64,000 bases of DNA from Paramoeba atlantica (Eukaryota > Protista > Discosea): positions 62,001 to 126,000 of the forward strand of contig CDRNVI010000070.1 in assembly GCA_977017575.1 (NCBI GenBank), in the 5' to 3' direction. Under the pieces are notes generated by a model that was not told the origin of the DNA, made no database searches, and saw only the letters and a program-made list of their open reading frames with translations. Made by a program: the position numbers and the translations under genes. Within the stretch, counting starts at the first letter, position 1. The number at the start of each line of letters is the position of its first letter. Shown piece after piece: positions 51,871-59,382 of the stretch.

Positions 51871-54453
51871 ATGAATTTTTACGGCGAGACAGGAAGAAAT
51901 CAACGTTTGAATAATAGAGACGCCGAAAACGGAGAACGCAAAGTTTGTGTAGTTGCGCGCATACGTCCTTGTCTGCGTCCCAATAATGAAACAGATAACA
52001 ACGTCTGCGTTCGTGGTGTAGATGACACTACCCTATTGTTGACTAAGCGCGATGTCCGGGGGACCGTTTTAGAGGAGCACGATTTTGTTTTTGACAATGT
52101 CTTTGATACGTGTGACACGCAAGAAAATGTTTTTAACGAATGCGTCGAGGATTTGACTGCTGCTGCATTTGCAGGTCAGGATCTAACAATAATGGCATAC
52201 GGACAAACCGGTAGCGGAAAAACTTACACGCTGCTCGGAGGTGGGCGACAACGCGATTCGGAAGAGATGTATCCTCGGCTAACCAGTCAGGGCTTCATAC
52301 ATACGGAACATTCACTGCATGTAGAAACTAACTTGCTGAAGTCCGATTTCGAAAACGGACTCCTTCTTCGAGTTGCTTCGAAGCTTTTAGAACATCGAAG
52401 GCGGCAGCCTAATCTTAGAATAGAGATATACATGAGTGCTGTTGAAGTCTACCAAGATCGATTTCGCGACCTTTTGCAAGACGGATGCATTATTGGATTT
52501 AGAGAATCAGAAGAGGATATCATCTTAATAAATAAAACGTTGATTCGTGTAGCTAGCCTCAGTGACGTAATCAGTTGTCTAAATATTGCAAACAAAGCGA
52601 GGTCAGTGGCACAAACACAAGCCAATCGTGCCTCCAGTCGATCGCATGCGATTTTTTCATTCGAAATTGATGAGTTAGATTCATTTTCACGCTTTACAGA
52701 ATCCGACGTAGGAAGTGGTACCATTGTACTTGATCTGTCTCATCATGATTTGTTGGACGAAGGCATAGATGCAGGAAAAATAAGTTTTTCTACTAGTCAA
52801 ACATTTCGAGACTCGATTAGAAGTCGACACAAAATTACTTTTATTGACCTTGCCGGTAGTGAAAGAATAAAACGATCAGGTGCGGAAGGAAAACAATTAT
52901 CGGAAGCCTTATTCGTAAACAAGTCGCTCAGTGCGCTGGGAAAGGTAGTCCGTGACATATGTTCCAACGCTCGCCACATTCCTTTTCGCGAAAGCAAACT
53001 GACCCGCATCCTGCGACCTTCTCTCATTTCCCCGCGATCTCGAATCCTTTTGATTGCAAATGTATCACCTACTTTAAGAGATTATAGCGAAATCCTAGGA
53101 ACGCTTCGATTTGCAGATCGGATTAAACATCTTCGCCCAGTCCCAACACTCGATCGAAGCTTTTCATTGACCCAGGAACGAGAGTATTTTTCCCTGAAGA
53201 ATACCATGGAGGGCTTGTGCACCGAGGCGAGAGTGGCATTCGCTGGAGCGGGCTACGTTAGACAGCTTTCAAGGTACAGCACAGCAAGCTCTCCTTGCAG
53301 AATACAGCCTTTAGATCAGGTTATTTCCGCGGCGAATTTCTATGAAATGATCGAACGCTACAGGAATGAAGTTGCGAAAGAAAGAATACTTGAGAAGGCT
53401 CGAGCCAATGCGAAAAAAGAACTTTTGTTGCACGAGTGCTTGACATCACTTTCCTCGAAATATAAAGATCTAGAACGGGAAAAAATTCGTGTTAGTGAAC
53501 TTAAAACCATACTAGACGAGGAGGATGAAATAGGACAAGCATTGGAATCGAAAATTAATTCGCTGCGACACAAGAAAAGCGAGACAGGAAAGGATAACCA
53601 GATTCTTCAAAATGAAGCCGAAAAAGCGAAATCTGAGTGCGCTGCAATAGTGAAACATGTTGGAGAAAAAAACTATGAGCACAGGAACTTGAAAATTCAC
53701 CTCAAAGGACTAAACGGTCAAATCTCTGACATGAAATTGAAGTCGAATCGACAGAAGAAAGAAAATCTATCTATCGATTCCACTTTGCGAAATGCTGAGT
53801 TCATAATAAGGGACTGTACGGAGTTGTGCCGTTTGATAGAAGAAAATTACATGAGACTAGAGCAGGAAATCGTATCCAAATTCGACGCGACGGATACAAA
53901 ACTCACCACAAACGTTATTGAGACCTTAACTTCTAACATCCATATACACTGGGTTCGGTTTAGTAGAGCAATTAAAAACAGCACGTACAATTTATTTTCT
54001 GGTAAACCGCGAATTAGAAATCCGCCCGCAGAGATGCGTAGAGAAATAAAAAACATTTTTGACGTAGCCAAACGTACAGGTGTGTTCAGAGCCGATTTGA
54101 TACAAGATTTGCTCGATTTGCTGGACAATGTAAATATCTCAGAACGTGATATAGAAAGTATACTCTCCCCAATTAACGGGATGGAAAATTCCATTGGTCC
54201 ACTCGAATTGTCTTCTGAGCACAAGAGGAATCCGGCGAAAGAGCACGTTCTAAAAGAACTCTTTAAACAAAAGCAGAAATCAAGACCGTGGTATCGAGCC
54301 GCACAAGCCGTATATTTGTATCCTTCAAGTGAATTCTTGCTTCGGTTCATGGTTTATACTTTGAAAGAGTATAACTTAGGAACTGCGTGTGTTACACTTG
54401 CCGATTTTATATGGGTCTTGAATGAGACGGTCAGCAAAACAGCAGAAGGATGA
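51871..54453 (+). CDS. Kinesin with N-terminal motor and coiled-coil tail
   Basis: VVARIRP, AYGQTGSGKTYTL, NRASSRSHAIF, IDLAGSER, NKSLSALGKV, HIPFRESKLTRILR, TLRFA. Confidence 0.95.
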   Translation: MNFYGETGRNQRLNNRDAENGERKVCVVARIRPCLRPNNETDNNVCVRGVDDTTLLLTKRDVRGTVLEEHDFVFDNVFDTCDTQENVFNECVEDLTAAAFAGQDLTIMAYGQTGSGKTYTLLGGGRQRDSEEMYPRLTSQGFIHTEHSLHVETNLLKSDFENGLLLRVASKLLEHRRRQPNLRIEIYMSAVEVYQDRFRDLLQDGCIIGFRESEEDIILINKTLIRVASLSDVISCLNIANKARSVAQTQANRASSRSHAIFSFEIDELDSFSRFTESDVGSGTIVLDLSHHDLLDEGIDAGKISFSTSQTFRDSIRSRHKITFIDLAGSERIKRSGAEGKQLSEALFVNKSLSALGKVVRDICSNARHIPFRESKLTRILRPSLISPRSRILLIANVSPTLRDYSEILGTLRFADRIKHLRPVPTLDRSFSLTQEREYFSLKNTMEGLCTEARVAFAGAGYVRQLSRYSTASSPCRIQPLDQVISAANFYEMIERYRNEVAKERILEKARANAKKELLLHECLTSLSSKYKDLEREKIRVSELKTILDEEDEIGQALESKINSLRHKKSETGKDNQILQNEAEKAKSECAAIVKHVGEKNYEHRNLKIHLKGLNGQISDMKLKSNRQKKENLSIDSTLRNAEFIIRDCTELCRLIEENYMRLEQEIVSKFDATDTKLTTNVIETLTSNIHIHWVRFSRAIKNSTYNLFSGKPRIRNPPAEMRREIKNIFDVAKRTGVFRADLIQDLLDLLDNVNISERDIESILSPINGMENSIGPLELSSEHKRNPAKEHVLKELFKQKQKSRPWYRAAQAVYLYPSSEFLLRFMVYTLKEYNLGTACVTLADFIWVLNETVSKTAEG

Positions 54454-54622
54454 TGACCCCTTAGATCCAAAACCACGGTTTTTTGAGATATTTTTCCAAG
54501 TAAGTTCGAAATTCGAAGTATTTTTCTCTTGTTTCTCTTTCATGGTTGCAATGTCGTATTTGACTTCGGAAAGGCGTGATCGAGTATCGAAAAGAACTAG
54601 AGGTCGAATGCAATACCAAAAG

Positions 54623-54679
54623 ACCTAGGAGGTATAATAGGTGTCCCTAGGTATAATAACCAGGAAGTAGTTTATATTC
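54623..54679 (+). mobile_element. Solo degenerate right end of the 0.9-kb TIR element family
   Basis: acctaggaggtataataggtgtccctaggtataataaccaggaagtagtttatattc aligns with 34753-34810 with few mismatches. Confidence 0.8.
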
Positions 54680-54775
54680 ACGCACTGTAATATTCTTGGC
54701 ATCAACGCGACACTGGGAAAATCCTTTTAGATGAGACTAATTTCCATCAATCTATCTTCCGGTTTATATCTATAA

Positions 54776-55210
54776 ATGGCACATACGCCTACTGCAGCAG
54801 TATACGGCTTTATTGGTTGGGTGCTCAGCATATTCACCTTGCTTTCATTTTTGCTTTGGGCATTTGTTACTGACAGGCAACTTTCCGATACATTGGGAAT
54901 AACCTATTTTCCCGATAAATTGTGGGCACTTCGCTTTTCTTCCTTAATAGCAATGACGTTTGTGATATACGTTGTGATGTACGTAGGCTGTTCAATGTCT
55001 CAATTACCCGCTTTGGATGACCCGGTTAGCCTTGGACCACTACCGTGCAAGAAAGGCCACATGGACGGCTGTATGACATGTGCTTCGTGTCCAAACCATC
55101 GTCTTGAAGCTCCGAATGCAGTACCACCGCTTCTGGAGATTCCTCTCTGTGTCGTGAATAAGGAAATCATTTTCACAAAGAAGTCTGGTTGGGAAAAAGG
55201 GATCAGTTAG
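54776..55210 (+). CDS. PIGP: GPI-GlcNAc transferase subunit PIG-P
   Basis: VYGFIGW......FLLWAFV....LGITYFPDK.WA, two TM segments, and C-terminal VPPL.EIPL..VN. Confidence 0.85.
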   Translation: MAHTPTAAVYGFIGWVLSIFTLLSFLLWAFVTDRQLSDTLGITYFPDKLWALRFSSLIAMTFVIYVVMYVGCSMSQLPALDDPVSLGPLPCKKGHMDGCMTCASCPNHRLEAPNAVPPLLEIPLCVVNKEIIFTKKSGWEKGIS

Positions 55211-55594
55211 GAATATCTGATCGATTAATGTATTCGAGTCGGCTGCATTATGCAATGTTGCAAGCTGCGCGCAACGTTCTTCTCGTTAAGAGCAGAAGTT
55301 GTTTCTCAAAAATTTTGACCAATCGTCCAGAGGGAAGCATTACAGTATCCGCTTTTAGCACGCTCAAGTTATGGGGAATTGTGGCAAAAAAAGTTGACCA
55401 GGAACTGCGCCGTATTTTAAATATTTAATACTGTCCCCCCTCGCCTTATGCGCACCTGGTCAGACCCCCCGTTTAAGCGCACATAGAGTTGGGGTGCGGA
55501 CTCTGGCGCCGCAAAGGGTCGACTAATTTTTTTTATGTACTGATTCAGACCCCCCCGTTTAAGCGCACTTTCCACGGAAAACGAGGTGCCGCCC

Positions 55595-55841
55595 GCACAT
55601 TTATAATGCATACTAAGCGGCGCATTTATAATGCATATAGCACATTCAGATACATATTAGCATATTCACATGCATATAGCACATTCAGATGCATAACAGC
55701 ACATTCACATGCATAACAGCACAATCACATGCATATAGCACATTCAAATGCATATTTACTGCACATTGATAATGCATACTAAGCGGCACATTCACATGCA
55801 TAACAGCACATTCAGATGCATATAGCACATTCACATGCATA
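55595..55841 (+). repeat. Left subterminal array: about 12 copies of GCACATTCACATGCATA with 2-8 nt spacers
   Basis: Units counted by eye. Confidence 0.92.
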
Positions 55842-55842
55842 A

Positions 55843-55861
55843 TTCTACGTTTTTCTCTCAG
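55843..55861 (+). promoter_or_regulatory. Candidate trans-splice acceptor for the IS30 transposase
   Basis: ttctacgtttttctctcAG, followed by ctttctgtttca and ATG at 55874; no Shine-Dalgarno-like sequence before the ATG. Confidence 0.55.
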
Positions 55862-55873
55862 CTTTCTGTTTCA

Positions 55874-56872
55874 ATGGCACAATCAAAAAAGCGTATGGAT
55901 CATGAAGATCGCACTAAAATAGAGGTGCTATACATCCAGCAAGGTTTCTCGCAGGAGGAAATAGCCGCAAAGTTGTCTGTAAATCAGTCAACGCTGAACC
56001 GCGAGCTCACGAGAGGTATGCGTAACGGGGAGTATAATGCGAAGCGCGCGCAACGAGCGGCAAACACATCCATTTCCTCGCGGAAACACAAGCACCAGAA
56101 AATACAACGTGATGTGCAAGAGAAGGTGATTGCTTTGTTGGGGAAGAGATTTAGCCCACAGCAAATCGCTACAACTCTCTTTAAGGAAGATGGGGTAAAG
56201 ATTTCTCGTGTAGCCGTTTATGGATTCATCAAACGGGAAGACAGAGCAGGGAATTTAGTTCAGTTCCTGCGCCGGGGGGGAGGTCGCGGTAGAAGGCGAC
56301 GGGGTACAAATCGCCTGAAAATACCGAATCGAACTGACATAAGCGAGCGCCCAGGTTTCGTCAATACTCCCTCCAGATATGGAGATTGGGAGTGCGACTT
56401 GATTGAAGGCGCGCAACATAGTGGCTATTTTCTCAGTGTAGTCGAGAGAAAAAGCCGCTACGGAGTTCTTCGGAAGTTGGAGAACAAGAAATCAGAAATT
56501 GTGGCCGAGGAGGTCACTCGTGCTCTGCAGGGGTTCCAAGTTTTCACTATCACGTACGACAATGGAACCGAGTTCGCGAAACACGAACTAGTGAACGCTT
56601 CGTTGGGCTGTCAATCATTCTTTTGTCAGCCCTACGCAAGTTGGGAGAAAGGGGGCGTTGAAAATTTCAATGGTCTTGTTCGTGATTTCTACCCTAAGTG
56701 AACATCGTTCACCCACATCACGCTTGATACGACATCTGCAGCCATCAACGAACGACCAAAAGATATCCTGGAGAACAATTCGCCTATTGAATTGATCGAA
56801 AATATCAAGGTTATCGCCCCTCCTATGCTTCGTCCTCGTATTTTGATGGACAGCTCACAGGATTCGCAGTAG
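55874..56872 (+). pseudogene. IS30-family DDE transposase with a premature TGA at 56699-56701
   Basis: N-terminal HTH (SQEEIAAKLSVNQSTLNRELTR), FSPQQIA, GDWECDLIEG, VERKSR, TITYDNGTEFAKH, FCQPYASWEKGGVENFNGLVRDFYPK. After the stop the same frame continues TSFTHI...AINERPKDILE to TAG at 56870-56872, matching the IS30 PKGTDF...LNxRPRK pattern. Confidence 0.93.
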
Positions 56873-56952
56873 TACGCTCGGGTAGAATTCAAAGTGATTT
56901 TTTACTTCATTTATTGTGGGCCCCAAACAAATCTCAAGATACGTATGTACAA

Positions 56953-57170
56953 TTTTTTTTCATTTAGTACAGCACGTCCATAGCTCCGTTTTGCAGTTTT
57001 TCCCTCCTCCTATCTGATATTTCTGTGGTTTCTCTCAGTGACAAGTGTGCGATTTTTTCATCCAGACTATATGTGCGATTTTTTTCATTTACTACAGCAC
57101 GTCCACAGCTCCGTTTTGCAGTTTTTCCCTCCTCGTATCTGAGATTTCTGTGGTTTCTCTCAGTGACAAG
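56953..57170 (+). repeat. Two ~93-bp pyrimidine-rich direct repeats, period 125
   Basis: 56953-57045 and 57078-57170 (...tacagcacgtcc...ctccgttttgcagtttttccctcctc...gtttctctcagtgacaag). Confidence 0.9.
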
Positions 57171-57271
57171 CATATTTAATTATACTTCTTCATTAGAGGC
57201 TTCGCAAATTGCTTCCCACTAACGTCACACTCAGTGTCCCGGCCGGCCCCTCCGTGCGTTCGGCCTCTCAT

Positions 57272-57367
57272 ATTCCCCAAAACAACTATCACCTTCCCCC
57301 CATTTATCAGGGGTCGCTCGCGCGACCCCCGCTAAATAGGGGGGGAAGGTGGTAGTTGTGGGGTATG
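57272..57367. other. Long GC-rich imperfect hairpin inside the IS30 element
   Basis: acaactatcaccttcccccc..attta pairs with taaat..gggggaaggtggtagttgt; inner stem ggggtcgc/gcgacccc. Confidence 0.75.
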
Positions 57368-57459
57368 GAGGCCTCTCGCAACTCCGGGGCCTCACCGGGA
57401 GCAAAGGTGAGCACCCCGCACCAACTTTTCGAAAAAGTTGAAATCCGTGCCTAAAATTT

Positions 57460-57670
57460 TATGCATGTGAATGTGCTGTTATGCATGTGAATGTGCTATA
57501 TGCATGTGAATGTGCCGGATTTATGCATGTGAATGTGCCGATTAAATATGCATGTGAATGTGCATTATGCATGTGAATGTGCTGTTATGCATGTGAGTGT
57601 GCTATATGCATTTGAATGTGCCGCTTAGTATGCATTATAAACGTGCAGTTAATATGCATTATAAATGTGC
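57460..57670 (-). repeat. Right subterminal array: 10 copies of TATGCATGTGAATGTGC (reverse complement of the left unit)
   Basis: Units start at 57460, 57480, 57499, 57522, 57547, 57566, 57586, 57605, 57629 and 57653. Confidence 0.92.
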
Positions 57671-57975
57671 TAACGCCGGTGCGCTTAAACGAGGGGGCAT
57701 ATTTAATTTCAGTGCTTTTAGCTGACCATAAATGAAGGGTTCCTTCACTGACTTTCCGCAAATCATGTACTCTGAGATCGGCCCTAGTTTAAAGTGTTTT
57801 TCATTTATTTAAAGTGTATTTTTAAGAGTGCGTATGTATGGCGCACTAACGGTTAAAATGTCCGTGAACTTCCGTTCACTCGAATAAAGCTTTTGAGAAT
57901 CAAATAATTTCTATTGCTTGTTCGCAATACCCTCACTCTAAAAACAACCTTTTTTGTATAGTTTTTTTTTCTCGT

Positions 57976-59190
57976 ATGCAGTTCAGTGGATACAGAGTAT
58001 TTCCGGGTTTCTTGGGACATTCTGTCAGGAGTATTACTTCTCAGATCTCTGGGTGTCACACATGTAGCATAATTAAGAAATGGAATGAAGTCTTCCAACC
58101 TTTAATCCGGAATCGGAGTTCAGAATTCAACCGATTTCCTACTAAGCAGCACTATCTTTTGTTTCGCGATGTTGAAGACGAAATGATGCGTGGATGGGGA
58201 CCAGTGCGCGTCACTCGTTCGAGGCGTAGATTTCAACGCCTTTCACGAAGCAGACAACAGGAAGAGTCGAAGCAGGCTGCACAATCATTATTTGAAATGG
58301 CGCAGCAAATTACAAAAAATTTGCGCGAACAAACGGACCCGATGGAGGCCACGAAGCGAGTTTACCATGATGCCTGTCTTCGGCAGGTGCTTGCGGAAAA
58401 AACGGCAAATTTTTGGATGGCGAATCCACACGAAGTTCTTCCTCTTTATCGAGGCCTATGTGCAGGACTGGTAGAGGCTTTAGATGACCGTTCCGCCATA
58501 GAGCGACCCGAAGCGCGCTTTACTTCATCTCGATTTAATCTTAAGAAGCACTGGAGACTTGCCGCGGACCAAGTACTACTAAGAGGGCCTTTGTGTCAGG
58601 CGAAGCGATTTGGTTGCATGCTTCCGGATTTCCCCGCTTTTGTTCCTTGGCAAAAGCTTTTAACAACTAGTAGTGGTGATGTAGAAAATTCACAACTTTT
58701 AATGACGGAGTCGTCACCTTTTCTTGTGGTCACCGTATTTCTTAGCGAATTGAAGGCCTTGCAAGGAGGAATTCATATTGTTCCTGCATCTCATATAAAA
58801 TTAATCAGTTTAGGCAAAGAAGGAGATATTGGTAGCGTTGATGAACTTGGCCCTCATCCTTTTGTGCCAATGGGAAGTCATTTTAGGCGTCCGTATGAGG
58901 ATTGGTCACCGACAACGGACAGTGTAGAAACAATTTCGAGTCTTCCCGAAGGCAGTATTATTGTGACGCATCCTGCTACCCTATTTTCCCACGGCGTAAA
59001 TATGAGCAGTGACGACGTCAAGATGGTTCAGCTTCTGCTGATGGAAGATGGTCTCGCTGGCCCAGAATATCCGCACACTCAGCACAGTTGGTATAGTAAA
59101 TGGAAGGGACGTCATGTAGAACGTATAACACTAAACGCAGAGCACTTATTTCCTACTATTAACTTTTTGAAAAAAAACACTGAACTGTGA
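57976..59190 (+). CDS. PhyH-like (phytanoyl-CoA dioxygenase fold) protein, metal ligands apparently degenerate
   Basis: VTVFLSEL..LQGGIHIVPASH and EGSIIVTHPATLFSHGVNMS follow the PhyH pattern; the expected HxD position reads MLPDF. Confidence 0.55.
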   Translation: MQFSGYRVFPGFLGHSVRSITSQISGCHTCSIIKKWNEVFQPLIRNRSSEFNRFPTKQHYLLFRDVEDEMMRGWGPVRVTRSRRRFQRLSRSRQQEESKQAAQSLFEMAQQITKNLREQTDPMEATKRVYHDACLRQVLAEKTANFWMANPHEVLPLYRGLCAGLVEALDDRSAIERPEARFTSSRFNLKKHWRLAADQVLLRGPLCQAKRFGCMLPDFPAFVPWQKLLTTSSGDVENSQLLMTESSPFLVVTVFLSELKALQGGIHIVPASHIKLISLGKEGDIGSVDELGPHPFVPMGSHFRRPYEDWSPTTDSVETISSLPEGSIIVTHPATLFSHGVNMSSDDVKMVQLLLMEDGLAGPEYPHTQHSWYSKWKGRHVERITLNAEHLFPTINFLKKNTEL

Positions 59191-59382
59191 GACACTGAAC
59201 TGTAAGAAATACTCTGCATAAATAAATCCTTTCGGGATTGAGTGGTAAAGTTCGAAATATTGTTCCACATTAAACAATTTTAGCGTTGATAGGGGAAAAA
59301 AGGAAAGGCAGAGTTTCTTACTTATCTACAAACGTACTCTTGTTTGTTAGGAATTTTTTTTGGTATATTCTCCGTTGAAAGT

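Larger units (their letters stand above)
55429..57698 (+). mobile_element. About 2.3-kb DNA transposon with an IS30-family transposase and long composite inverted repeats
   Basis: The terminal motif cccc.cg.tta.gcgcac occurs three times at left (about 55436, 55465, 55550) and once inverted at right (57679-57698); inverted subterminal arrays enclose the IS30 ORF. The exact left boundary is uncertain. Confidence 0.8.

Noticed and set aside
55189-55428. 79-aa ORF ending at the IS30 element's left boundary, as a disrupted host gene
   Set aside because: It overlaps the PIG-P 3' end, has no recognisable motif, and is probably intergenic.
33615-56701. Stop-codon reassignment (Blastocrithidia-like) explaining the in-frame stops in the CRE and IS30 ORFs
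   Set aside because: All host genes are free of internal stops and end in TAA, TAG or TGA. The stops fall at expected Lys and Gly positions, not Glu or Trp, so ordinary nonsense mutation fits better.
55595-57670. CRISPR array interpretation of the 17-bp repeats
   Set aside because: The spacers are only 2-8 nt and not unique, the two arrays are inverted around a transposase, there are no cas genes, and the context is eukaryotic.
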